Assembly: GCA_040954595.2 (NCBI GenBank)
Contig: CM082592.2
Location: forward strand, 1,364,001 to 1,428,000
Direction of reading: 5' to 3'
Origin: Balanoglossus misakiensis
Lineage: Eukaryota > Animalia > Hemichordata
Length of the DNA stretch: 64,000 nt
Numbering within the stretch: position 1 is the stretch's first letter; every line of letters starts with the position of its first letter. Positions 24,139 to 36,824 of the stretch are shown piece by piece. The notes below the pieces were generated by a model that worked only from the letters and a program-made list of their open reading frames with translations, did no database searches and was not told the origin of the DNA. A program made the translations under genes and the position numbers.

Positions 24139-27100
24139 TATACACAAGCATAATAAACCCTAAATATGAGTGCATATGCAAGTTTTAACCGGATAAATAA
24201 TAAAGCTTTGCCGCAAGCGATTATGGCCGCCACCGTGGGAAAATGCAAGAAACAGTGAAAATGTTGCATTTCCGGTTATGAAACTTCATAAACAAAACAT
24301 GATCTCATCCACTTGAGCTCATGGAAGTAAATGTACACCACTGATACATTAGACTTTCGTTTTTCATTGCTATATTGCACTTTTTTAGCTCTGCTGTCAC
24401 TTGTGTCAGCCGAGCTGTAGCAGTAGGTTGATAAGTGTCCGTCCGTCCGTCCGTCGGGCAAACTCTCATTGCAAGGTCAGATTTCAGTTCTAATAGCCGT
24501 CTTCTGTTCAGAAAAGTATTATTATTATCGTCGAGCCGTTCCAGAAGATTTGTGAGGCTCCAACGATAGCGAGTGTTGCCATTATTCATTGGTATTAAGT
24601 GCTGCTGCTATGTGTCTGACAAATTCGTTTCTGAATACGTTCAAGTGGAATTTTCGTGACACAATTACAATAACTGTAAAATAACTAAAAATAACAAACT
24701 CTCCATAAAGTATGACCAGATCTCTGATGCTGATTACTTGGCTAGGATTACAGATGAACATGCCACGCCCCTTTTCAAAAAACTGTCAAAACCGCTCTGA
24801 ATAATGCACAAAAATGAAAAGAATTTTTTTTGCATAAACTGTTGATTAGCATGTATTTCAATTGACACTGTTCCCAAAAAGTACCACAATTTTGTAAAAC
24901 TGCTAATTCTTCTTGGTAAATGGAGCATACACAAATATTGGGTCACAGAGAGAAAGACACCTATTGAAATAATCCTTAAGAACGAGTTCATGTTAAAACA
25001 TCATTTTGAAAAAGAAATTTACAAAAGAGATGACATGTTAAAAATGTTTGATAAGGTCAACAATATTATGTAATTGATTTATATTTATACTTGCCTGTTA
25101 TCTAGTTTCTTTTGTAATTTTTTTTTTTTTTTTTTTGTAATACTTCTATTTGCTTTTCTCTCTTTGGAACGGAATTTCTTTTTTTTACAATAAAAGACAA
25201 AAAAAGTTTCTCTTTCAAATGTTTTTTTGTTGTTATGTAAACCAGTAAGTGAATATGGAGATGGAAGAAAAAAAAGCGTGAACGGCTTTATTATAATGCA
25301 AGCCAAGCTGTGAAAATTAAGGCCAGCCATGAAAGCGTCCTTTCAAAGACTAATTTCGCTAAGTCTTGTTAGACGAAAATACAACAAATTAGACCACAAA
25401 ACGATTGCAATGATCTCCATTATGTGTTGAAATTCTAGTTTTTCATACCCTTCTACGTCGGTGTCACGAAAATTTTGTCAAACACACAGCAACAGCACTT
25501 AATACCAATGAATAATGGCAACACCCGCTATCGTTGGATACTCAAAAATCTTCTGGAACGGCTCGATGATAATAATAATACTTTTCAGAACAGAAGACGG
25601 CTATTAGAACTGAAATCTGACCTTGCAATGAGAGTTTGTCAGAAAAAAAAAGGTTTGGAGGAACAGAGTGTCTCGGTAGATGTCTACATTACAATGCTAT
25701 GGGTCTTCAGGTACTCCCCCCGGTCGTCCCACAATGCAACGCGTTTTTCAAGATGGCGGTTAATACAGCTGGCGATTACACCAACTGGTAGTGGTTTTGA
25801 GTGGTTTGACTAGAAAATTCCGTTTGTAGACCAAAACTCGTGCACCGATCGCCGTTATCGAGCACACTGCATTTATATTGTATAGCAAACCGCCCCAAAA
25901 CGTCTCACAACTTGTACAACGGCCCCTTTTCGAACTTTATGCGGCGAGAAAGACATGCTCAGCCGCCGCCATCTTGATTTACGCGCAAAGGATTGTGGGG
26001 GCACGTTTTCCGTTTTTTATTCATGATTAATCCAACACTTTTCAAGACACATTCTAAGCAAAAATGAAAATTATTGACTACACTTCGATGGCACTCTGCT
26101 CCGTAGAACAAAGTGTCCCCCTGTCCCCCCCTTTTTGGTAACGCACGTCGCCAGACTCCATGAGAGCGATTGCATACCCTTCCTAACATACCCTGTATAC
26201 GAGCGCGTCTGTCCTGGCTAGCAACGGAGTCGTACGATCGTCTGCCGCGCGCGCTAGGCCGGGCGCGTGCAGTTGTAGATTGCGCCATCACTTCCGCGTT
26301 CGTCTGCCGCGCGCGCTAGGCCGGGCGCGTGCAGTTGTAGATTGCGCCATCACTTCCGCGTTCGTTCGCATATTCTGCAAGTCCAGCTGTATCACGTCAG
26401 ACATGCGTTTTGTCAGTGGAAAGGGGGGTATTCTCTCAGTAGGCCGTTCGTGAGTGCAGTTCTCGTTCGCACCAAAACAAAACAACAACAAAACGAATTT
26501 TTTTATAGTGTGTTCGTTTACGCTAAGTTATCCATACACTTTATTGTTCCATGACGCCCGTGGTTTCAAAGGACATGTTTTCTATGATATCGGAGACTTT
26601 GTGAAGTAAATCACAGTACATCCATTAATAGTCTGCGTGAGTGCATCCAAATATTAATTGTATGGTAGTACACCTTTTTCATAGCCCAGGAACACATTCA
26701 GATCAAACCTGGTTTACCTGCAATTGTAGTGTCTTCTTTGTGTTTCCTGGTAGTTGGGTGAACATGAAATTTTTGCTTCGCTGTGATCATAAAATGTGCT
26801 ATGAATAATCTAGTCTATAGCCCTGTTTAGAACTACAAACCCTCCGCAGTTATTTATTGATTGTTGTCGAGTGGAAAATTCTGTTCCGTGGGGGCTGGGG
26901 GTCATCCAATGATAGTGCTGGCAACAGCCGGAGTATGGAAAATACTATATTTGCAAGATCTTTGTATTGTGCGGGCAGTGGTGTGATAGATAGGTGCATG
27001 TCACAATTTGGCAGTGCTTCGGCTATTTTTAAACAGCGCCGTGTTTGATGCTGAGACCAGCGTGCGGGGTCAATCAGGACTAAATTTCAACAAACAAGAC

Positions 27101-27585
27101 GCTCCCTTTTCAGTAAAACATGTGTATAAACTGTAACCATACAGATTATGACTGACAAAGTATATAGGAGAAGCAAAATAAATATGACAGTGACGATCAC
27201 TGCTAAGAATGTCACCCAATTATATAGTGCTGGCAACAACCGGAGTACGGAAAAACTATATTTGCAAGGTCTTTGGATTGTGCGGGCAGAGGTGTGATAG
27301 ATAGCTTCATGTCACAATTCGGCAGTGCTTCAGCTATTTTTAAACAGTGTCGTATTTGTCCTCACGATCTTAAGTCCAGCATGCAGCAGGTTCGGCTGTA
27401 AACCAGAAAATAAAGGAAAAAATGTTGGTTTTGGCGACAAGAACATTTTAGTCCCTGCGGACGAAATCTTGGGGCTGAATACCTTGGGTTTTGTCCCGCC
27501 GTCCGTATCACTCAGACATGCTTTGACCAAGTCCATTGAAGGACAATGTTATAGCATGACAATAAGGGGAATGTAATACATACAC

Positions 27586-29466
27586 CACAGGGGAATGCAG
27601 ACATGACAGTTATAAATGGCGAAGTACGTTCTGTTCTGCGTTTTCCCAACCTGTCTTATCATTTGCTAATCCAGAATAAAAGCTATCCATTTCCCATTAA
27701 TCACCTGCTAACGACTTAATTTGTGTGCCCCATCCACGGATTAAGTTGATAAAGTAAACATCGGTCAGCGAGTACTGGGTATAACAAGAGGAAACTCGCT
27801 CAAGGCATGTCTGCAGTTTCGTACTTTTCAAGCCATGCCTGCCAATTAAACAGTCATCATCAGTTTTCTTATGCTTAAAAATGTGAGCAGCTCGCTTTGG
27901 ACGCGTGGAAATTGCTTCGTTGTCTCAAAAACGTGACTGGACGTTCACTCGGCGATGTCCAGAGGTCGCCCGTAAACCACTTTTGACCTTTGACTGTTTA
28001 TTTCAAGACCACGTGAGCTTCAGAGGTAAACAAATTACCCAAGATACTTTGAGGTTTCAGTCGGGTCAAGCTTCAAACGCATAGGTTCACGCATAAGTCT
28101 ATGGTTCACGTTCGTTCATACGTCCCTGTATGCGGTCACTTGGACCAGTTCTCCGGTCACTTTGCATCAGTTGCACAAACACAGCTAAATTCAAATAGAA
28201 TGCATATTCTCGTAAAGTATTGGCTCCTTATCAGTAGAATCATGAATATACGGACTTTCATTCAAAGAAAAAAGCTACGAAGTCGACTCCCCTTCGGCCG
28301 GGAAGTCGGGACTTACTAGCCCACAGTGCACGCCTTTTCTATGACAAGTCCACATGACCGGCTTAACGGTCTAAAGCAACCGAAAGGCGCGTAAATGTTT
28401 GCGCCAATTTTGAAATCTGATACATGAACTTGTTCATGATGACTCGACAAGTACTAGAACAGCAATTTTGGTGGAAAAGCTCAAAAATATTGACGACAGG
28501 CCGACTGTTAAAGTGCAACTCTTGCGTAGCTACCGTAAAATGCGTAGTATGAAGGAAATGAACAATTGTATGCACCTCTTGTTTTCGGGCGATTCCGCAT
28601 AAGTTCAACCCGTACGACGTCGAAACTTCTACCGATTACTAATGAGTATACCCTGGCCATCAAATACTGAGACTCTTGAATATCGCGTGGATATCGCGAC
28701 TATCACTATATCGCGAATTTTCCGCGAAGTGGCCAGGTAATGGTACCGACCGGATACTGGTCTAGGGGGTGTACACGTTCACGATCGTGTAACGTCGACT
28801 TTTATCCACCTTTCTCGTATTGATTTTACCCACCGATATTCTCATGGAACGTCAACCATATTTCTTTTATTTCATATATGTATGTACCAGTACATGCACT
28901 TGTAATTTCGTTTTACAAGAAAGTTACAGCGACGGACAGGCGAATCAGTAAAACATTTAATTCGACCTGTTGTACCTCTTACAAGTGGCTATACGGGCCA
29001 GTTCATGTGATAACTCTATAAATATCGTAAAATCTGAATGTGCCGCCGAACAAGAACAGACGCCGCGCCAGGCAATGCGTTCATAATTCTTCCGTGCATT
29101 AAACTTATTCATGTAATAGCTCCCCGTTGATTTATGAATATATGAATATTAAGTGGTTTCCGGCTTTACGGGCAACCTCTGGACACGCCTTGAGCGAGTT
29201 TCCTCCCTTTCTCTTCTTTTACCGAGTGAGAACTGACCGATGTTTACTTAATCCACTAAATCCCTGGATGGGGCACACAGATTAAGTAGTTAGCAGGTGC
29301 TTAATGGGAAATGTGATAGGTTTTATTCTGGATTAGCAACTGATAAGACAGGTGGAAGTAACACAGAAAAATAAACAAGCACAAAGACTGTTCATCAAGT
29401 AATGTTTATTGGGGGAAAATGCAGGAACTCCGTCATTTATAACTTTCATGTTTGCAGCCCCCTGTG
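27586..29466. mobile_element. P-superfamily-like non-autonomous DNA transposon, 1.9 kb
   Basis: Termini CACAGGGG...CCCCTGTG, long imperfect TIRs (~300 bp), 7-bp TSD CATACAC on both sides, no transposase ORF. Confidence 0.72.
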
Positions 29467-29590
29467 CATACACATGGATTTCAAATATGTGCCAGTTATT
29501 ATTACATTGCAATATAGTACATGTACCAGATTATCACTTTGGCAGAAAAAATGTTAGCCTTATGTTGCTGACAGCCCTTGACTAATTTAA

Positions 29591-30976
29591 ATGCATGTAA
29601 GCTGTAACTTTTGGGATAATTTTCATAATTTTTGTTTTAAACTGCACTACCATTAGTCCATGCAGATGAAGGCAGTGAAGTATACACAAGCATAATAAAC
29701 CCTAAATATGAGTGCATATGCAAGTTTTAACCGGATAAATAATAAAGCTTTGCCGCAAGCGATTATGGCCGCCACCGTGGGAAAATGCAAGAAACAGTGA
29801 AAATGTTGCATTTCCGGTTATGAAACTTCATAAACAAAACATGATCTCATCCACTTGAGCTCATGGAAGTAAATGTACACCACTGATACATCAGACTTTC
29901 GTTTTTCATTGCAATATTGCACTTTTTTAGCTCTGCTGTCACTTGTGTCAGCCGAGCTGTAGCAGTAGGTTGATAAGTGTCCGTCCGTCCGTCCGTCGGG
30001 CGTCCGGCGTCCGACAACTTTTGGTAGTTCAATCTTCTTCTTTAAAAAACTTGGCATATTTAGCTGAAATTTAGTTGGAATGTGTGTTATGGTGCCCTTA
30101 ACTGATTTTGTTAATTTGGATTTGATGGGGTCATGAATATGCAAATTAGATCTAAAAATAGAAGTTTTGGTAAAAATCTTCTTCTGCACAACTACATGTA
30201 CAACGGAGCTGAAATTTGGTAGGAATGTGTGTTATGGTGTCCCTACTTGATTTTGTAAATTTGGATTTGATCGGGTCATGAATATGCAAATTAGATCTAA
30301 ACATAGAATTTTTGGTCAAAAATCTTCTTCTCCATAACTACATGTACGATGGAGCTGAAATTTGGTGGAAATGTGTGTTATGGTGCCCCTACCTGATTTT
30401 GTTAATTTGGATATGATGGGGTCATAAATATGCAAATTAGATCTAAAAATAGAATTTTTGGTAAAACATCTTCTTCTCCCTAACTACATGTACGATGGAG
30501 CTGAAATTTGGTGGGAATGTGTGTTATGATGCCCCTACCTGATTTTGTTAATTGGAATTTTGATGGGGTCATGAATATGCAAATTAGAACCTTGGTGCTT
30601 CCTTTTGATGTTGTTCTTTAGGATTCAATTCTTTCTTTCTTTAGCACTGAATCAAGCTGAATTTGGATAAATACTTGTGATGTCAATGTTTGGTTTTGTT
30701 CAATATAATACAATTGTTATGAATTAAAACCTAGTGTATTTATATCATTGCCCAGTGACACTGACTGTTAAACTCAGCAGAGCTCTTTTGACCGATAGGT
30801 CACTTGTTTAAAATTGCAGGAATTTTCGTTTTTCTTTTTAATTTTTGGCCATTTTGTCATAAATAAGTGTTGAGCTTGATATATTATCATGAAATAGCAT
30901 TTAATAGACATAATTAAAAGCACATATGAGATTCTTTAAAACTATAATTGTTTATCCAGTTGCAGCTTACGTGCCT
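29591..30976. mobile_element. Kolobok-type MITE family B, copy 2 (inverted, interrupted)
   Basis: Reverse complement of 13240-14058 without the Crypton-like insert. Carries a Helentron-type insert. Confidence 0.78.
29928..30808 (+). mobile_element. Helentron-associated non-autonomous element (HINE/DINE-1-like)
   Basis: Inserted in a T run, subTIR AGCTCTGCTG / CAGCAGAGCT, (GTCC)n microsatellite, about 4 core repeats of ~145 bp, 3' hairpin GACC-gata-GGTC. Confidence 0.78.
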
Positions 30977-31079
30977 TTTATCCCCCAATTTCTTCAAGCC
31001 ACTAATCAAGCAGGGACCAGGACATTACTAATGACTTGTTAGTTTCATTTCAGTTATGGTCACATCTACTGGCCAGTTT

Positions 31080-31224
31080 AGTCTCCTGATGAGTGCATGA
31101 GTCCAGTGACTCACGAAACAATGTTGAAGAGATTATACCACCTTTTGTTTCTCAAACTACCCCAACTTAATCTTCCGCTCTACTTTTGTACTGAGCACTT
31201 TGTATCGGACTGCATACTTCGTAC
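31080..31224 (+). pseudogene. Degenerate third copy of the hammerhead element
   Basis: AGTCTC-CTGATGA...GAAAC...GAGATT is retained, but GUA is mutated to GAA and stem II has a 4-nt insertion. It is followed by the full tail that appears inverted at 8415-8531. Confidence 0.75.
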
Positions 31225-31402
31225 ATACGCGAGCAGTAAATGTTCGCGAAATACGCGAGAGCCAAAATAGCGTGCAAAATAAGCTCGCGTAAATTTTTTT
31301 TGAAGATAACGATGCAGTGAATGAAATAAGAGAACGCGAAAATTAATACTCGCGAAACAGTGGCCTCTCTTGATATTGCGAAAATTTCAACTTGCGAAAA
31401 TT

Positions 31403-31543
31403 ACATACATACATACAGGCAGACAGACAGACAGTCTAGACATACATACATACATACATACATACATACATACATACATACATACATACATACATACATA
31501 CATACATACATACATACATACATACATACATACATACATACAT

Positions 31544-31586
<43 letters not shown>

Positions 31587-31608
31587 CGCACAGACACACA
31601 CACACATA
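31403..31608. repeat. (TACA)n(GACA)n(CA)n compound microsatellite
   Basis: Direct inspection. Confidence 0.95.
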
Positions 31609-31613
31609 TACCG

Positions 31614-33540
31614 GTACATACAAGTATATACATATGCATTGAAATGTTCATATAGTAAATACATTTCCTGTCAGATTATGTGATAATTAAGTAATAGAAC
31701 TACGAGTACGTAGTTAAAAGAACATGTAATCAGTGTGTACACTGTAAGATGACATTCGTATCACCTTGGACAATAGCAAAATATGCACCAAATTCAACGA
31801 CTTAGAAGCGCACAGCGGTGCTACTCTGAATACTTTTCAGCCAGTTGATAGTCAACAAGTACTTCACATCATCACAAAGTCTCCAACGAAATCCTGCTGC
31901 CTTGACCCGATTCCAACTTCACTACTTAAAGAGAGCCTGGATGTGCTGCTACCATTCATGACCAATACAATAAATCTTTCTCTACAATCAGGTGACGTTC
32001 CACAATCCTTCAAGCATGCAGTTGTTACACCACTAATCAAAAAGACCACCCTGGATAATAACATACTTAAAAACTATCGACCAGTTTCTAACCTGCCATT
32101 TCTGTCAAAGGTCCTCGAGAAGATCGTTGCCGTTCAACTCAATACATATCTCACCACGAATTCACTAATGGAACCATTGCAGTCTGCATACAGGAAGTAT
32201 CATAGCACCGAAACAGCTCTACTAAAAGTTCACAATGACATCTGCTTAGCCATCGATTCTGGAAAATGTGTTCTCCTTATTCTCTTGGATTTATCGGCTG
32301 CCTTCGACACAATCGACCACGATCTACTGTTAAGAAGGCTATCCAGTCTTGGCATTACTGATACGGCACTCGAGTGGTTTGCATCCTACCTCAAAAATCG
32401 AGACCAATCCATAATAATAGACAAGATCACCAGTCAACCATCACATGTTCGTTTTGGAGTGCCGCAGGGTTCAGTTCTTGGCCCCATTTTGTTCACAATC
32501 TATATTTCTCCGTTGGGAAAGCTTATTCGTCAGCACAACCTACAATTCCATCAATATGCAGATGACAATCAGATTTACCTTGCCTTCTCTCACACCGATT
32601 CATCTTCCGCTATAGCATCCATTGAGGCCTGTATCCGTGATCTTAAGGACTGGATGACCCAAAACAAGCTTCAACTCAACGACTCCAAAACTGAGATTCT
32701 ACTTATTCGTTCACAATTTCATCACTCTGCTGATGCTATTGACATGATTACCATTGGTTCAAGCTCTGTTCCCGTCGTTAAATCAGCTCGCAATATTGGT
32801 GTAATATTTGACAATACGCACATGTATAAAGATCACATAAAGAAAAGTTGTCAATCAATATATTACCACTTTCGCCGTGTCGGACAAATCAGGAAATTTC
32901 TTAACAAAGCAACATGTCAAACAGTGATTCATGCTATTTTGGCAGCGAAACTCGACTATGGTAATGCATTACTTTATGGTCTACCAGAAAGCAGTCTCAA
33001 CCTTCTGCAACGCACACAAAATACAGCTGCAAGAATCATAACTCGGTCCAGGAAGTCTGCCCATATAACGCCAGTTCTTCAACTTCTTCATTGGTTACCA
33101 GTTCGCCACAGGATAGAGTATAAAATTAATCTGCTCACATACAAAGCCTTAAATAATCTCGCTCCGAACTATATCCGCGATCTCATTCGGACATATTCTC
33201 CTGGTCGCAGGCTTCGTTCAGCAAATAAGAGCCTTTTATGCACTACAATGTACAAACGTTCTTCATACGGTGGCCGAGCATTCTCACATGCTGCACCGAA
33301 ACTGTGGAACTATCTGCCACAAGACATTCGTCAAGCTCCAAGTTTGAGTATCTTTAAGAAAAGACTGAAGACGCATTATTTCGCAAGAGCATATGGTGTG
33401 GGCCAATGAGCACAAGCGCCTTTGAGTATGACACTTGTTATAGATACTGGCGCTATACAAATTTCTCTGATTGATTGATTGATTGATTGAAGATCATTCA
33501 CAGATTCTTATTACTGTTATACTTCAAAGGTGGCTATTTC
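31614..33540 (+). pseudogene. Relic inverted copy of a lectin intron and exon start (31614-31750 + 33491-33540), split by an L2 insertion
   Basis: Reverse complement of 4520-4690, including the acceptor ttcaaag|GTGGCTATTTC. Confidence 0.85.
31751..33489 (+). mobile_element. 5'-truncated L2-clade LINE with intact RT ORF (31766-33409)
   Basis: LDPIPT, DLSAAFDT, GVPQGSVLGP, YADD, HITPVL..LHWLPV, GGRAFS..APKLWN. 3' stem-loop AGCGCC..GGCGCT, (TGAT)n tail, TSD AAGAT. Confidence 0.93.
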
Positions 33541-35617
33541 AAAATTTGCCGACTCAAGGACAAGCCATGAATTTAATTACACGATCAAATAAAGTTTACT
33601 TTCATGATGAATTGTCACAGAAAATGAATTTGGATATTCAAGAATATAAATAAAATACTGTTTTGTTGTTGTAGTTACACAAATTTTTACACTGAATCAT
33701 CAATTGTTCATCTTTGTTATTGAATTTGTAACTTGCCTTCTCTCAAGCAAATTGGAGAAGAATCAAATATTGGCACAGCCCTTGGAAAGGAAACCTTCAA
33801 GCTAATGGATTTCAGTCAATAAATAAAATGTACACTACACTCTGGCCCCAATTATATAACAAATCCTGAACATTTGCATACCGGTATGTAAATATTAGGT
33901 GTGCAAACCAAGTAGAATGTTTTTTTTAACAAATTAAATCAAAGTGTTCCATAAAGATTACATTGCTCTCGTCTGCACATGACATGTTTGGCTGACAATG
34001 AAGATTCAGAATATTATGTTCTATTTTTACATCAATCCATAGTCACCCTGACCATGATCTGTCATTGTCCATTGAAGCCCTATTTCACACGTTTTTTTTT
34101 CTACGATAAAATACTTCAAATCGTCTCCCTATCACCATTAAAGAGCATATCTTGCCTTTTAAAATCTTATCAGAAGGTTAAAAAATGTTCAAAAGAAATC
34201 TAATATTTTCCAAAAGTGAAAATATTTTTCGGGTATTGATTTCTATAATATTGTTTTTGTTCTCATAAAATGCTTCAAAATCCACCCCGTCCTGAAAATT
34301 CCGTGTTCAGATTTGCTGCATTTTTGTCATGTGACGTGAGGTCACAGGAGGTTCCCCTCAGGTAGACCAGCTTTAGCGATGCTCACAAGTGTCATACGGT
34401 GTTTTCGTGCTTTTCTCTGTAATACCACTGTGGTGAAGGGAGTTGTTTGCCGTGGTTGCAGCAACCCATTACCTGGACGAGAGTTACCCGTGTGAGTTCC
34501 TCCAAAACCAATGCAAGTCTATGCCACGATCATCGACATCGTACGGTGGATATGAAGCCGGCGGCGGCGGCCGTAACTGCCAATGCATGACCGTTGAACG
34601 ATAATCGGCCAGGCTCGAATCACGAGAAGACAATCCGCACCCTTAAAGGAAAATAGAAGCCTGTCAGCAGGAGAGGTCAACCAGTGATCAATATTTCATG
34701 GGTCAAGTATACAAGTCAAGATGGCGGCTGTTTTGAAACCCATTGACGATTTTGGTTGAAGAACTGGGAAAACATAGGCAAAATCGACAAATACCGTGAC
34801 ATCCTTTACCAGGCAAGTGTGGAATAGGTTCCGAGACCGAGTCGGCGAGAAAATTGTTGAAAATTGTGGACTGGAGTGTAGAAATTCGCTCCGACCCAAT
34901 TTTCGGTCGCTGGTTGTGCGGTTTAGAATAACTCGGACCTGCAGCCCGCCCTCTCCCCGCTAAAAACAAAAATCGTCCAGGGGAGATGGAGGGGCTGCAA
35001 AACTGCAGCAACATCATGTTGAGATTGTTTATTATTATTCACGCTTCCGTCTGGCTAACCGGTACCCAGTGATCGCAAACTTCGATAATTAAAGTTGACA
35101 GCAATCGATGTAAAAACTTGAACGTTAAAAATATTACCGTTACTATTTCACTTTTTTTCAGTCGTAGGTTTGTATGGCTTCGGCTGAATGGTCGCCATCT
35201 TTCTTTTCTATTTTTTTTTGTTTACAAGTTTTACATCGCACTATGTCCGACTCATCGGCTCCAAAACACACAGTACAAATTTTGACACAAAATGTGAGTG
35301 AAAACCGTTTTCTAACTTAGATAGTCGTGTTTTTCAATGAAAATATTTAATACTATTTGAGCGTGATAGTGGGACGGCCTGGCATGTTCGCCTGTTGCTG
35401 TTGTATGGTTTCATTTTGTTATAATGCACTATGAAGCATGTGAAGGAACTTCCATGATTACAGCGACAAGTCATAAATGTTTCTGTTTGTCATCACCAAA
35501 AAGGCATAGCTTACATGTTATTCAGAAAACAGAATTTTAGTGCCGGCATGATAGATATACATCGCGGTGCGATACCTGTCATCGCTGCCAACAGCGTGTA
35601 CACACATTCTTCGATAT

Positions 35618-35810
35618 TGAGATGGTTGGTATATTTGGAATGGCGCCCTCGGTGGCTGAATGTGAGTTTCTGTAAAGTACAGCTGTAGCAAAGCATGCTT
35701 GGGTTTTGGTCAGCCATATTGTCTTGTATGATTGTACCGTACGGTGGTGTCGTGTTGTGCTGTCCGTCAATAAACATGTGAAAAGTATGTTCCCGTTTCT
35801 ATGTCTGTCA
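35618..35810 (+). repeat. Gypsy 5' LTR (193 bp)
   Basis: Direct repeat of the 3' LTR, followed by the PBS. Confidence 0.92.
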
Positions 35811-35831
35811 ATGGTGGCAGCGGTGTAGAAA

Positions 35832-36690
35832 ATGGCGAAGACGTTGGAGTATTTCACCGGGGAGGAGGAAAGTGACCTAGAACAATGGCTGGACAGATTC
35901 GACGCAATAATAGAAGCAGAAGGCAAAGAAGCAAAGGCTGCTGCTATCATTCGCACGTGTGTGAAAGGGGATGCTGCAATGGTGGTCCAGTCCATGTCAG
36001 ACGAAGACAGAAAAGAAATTGCGAAGATAAAAGATGAGTTGAGAAGTAACTTTGGTAAGAAGAAAGACGAGTTGGCAGCACAAAGAGAATTTCATAGTCG
36101 CAAGTTAGAATCTGGTGAAAATATTGGGAAATATGTTCGTTCATTAAAGAAGTTAGCGGTTGAAGAGTTTCCCAAATGTGTCGGAAGTGGTCTTGATTCT
36201 ATTATTAAGGCACAGTTCATTGCTGGGTTACCCCTTGAATTGAGTGAACAGTTGTAGACAGCACTACAGTATAAAGTCGCTGAAGCTAGTTTAAAGGATG
36301 TCGTAGACTTTGCAACTAATTGGCAAAAGTATAAAACTAAGCCGTCGACTCCTAAGACTGAACACAGTGTGAGAGTTGCGCATATTGAAACAGAGATGAG
36401 TGAGATTGTGACAACAGCTGTTGAAACTGCAGTTAAGGGGTTAGAAGAAACCATTTCATCTATGGTAGACGCACAAGTTAACCGTGTTTTCCAAGGTACA
36501 ATCTACAGAAGAGGTAGAACTACTAGACAGCCAGATAGAAGAATGAATCCGAGTAATAATGGACAGTGTTTCCAGTGTGGTCAAGTTGGACACTTTGGAG
36601 AAATTGTCCTCAGAGAATGCAGTGTTATAAGTGTCACCGTTTTGGACATAGAGCAGCTACATGTACTGGTATTTACCCAAACTAGAAAGG
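35832..36690 (+). pseudogene. Gypsy gag
   Basis: F.G...DLEQWL.RF, RKLESGENI..Y, QFIAGLP, CCHC knuckles (CFQCGQVGH, CYKCHRFGH). Premature stop at 36255-36257 and a frameshift near 36600. Confidence 0.88.
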
Positions 36691-36824
36691 GGTCAAGGAG
36701 GTGGCCAACCGTTGGCCTCAGTAGGTGATACGGCCATGAATGGAAGGAAAAATGATAGTTTTATGGGTGAGAATGTCCGGGGGACCCTAGTACTGTCGGA
36801 CTGGGGCCTTAGAGCTCAGACATT

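Larger units (their letters stand above)
18786..30000 (+). repeat. Near-identical tandem segmental duplication (18786-24458 and 24459-30000)
   Basis: Matching sequence and ORF tracks at offsets 5673/5679/5208/5200, about a dozen SNPs seen, reciprocal 342-bp and 471-bp deletions. Confidence 0.95.

Noticed and set aside
19061-28608. Many 60-110 aa ORFs that appear twice
   Set aside because: Recurrence is explained by the tandem duplication. They have no recognisable domains or splice structure, and the P-like element has no THAP motif.
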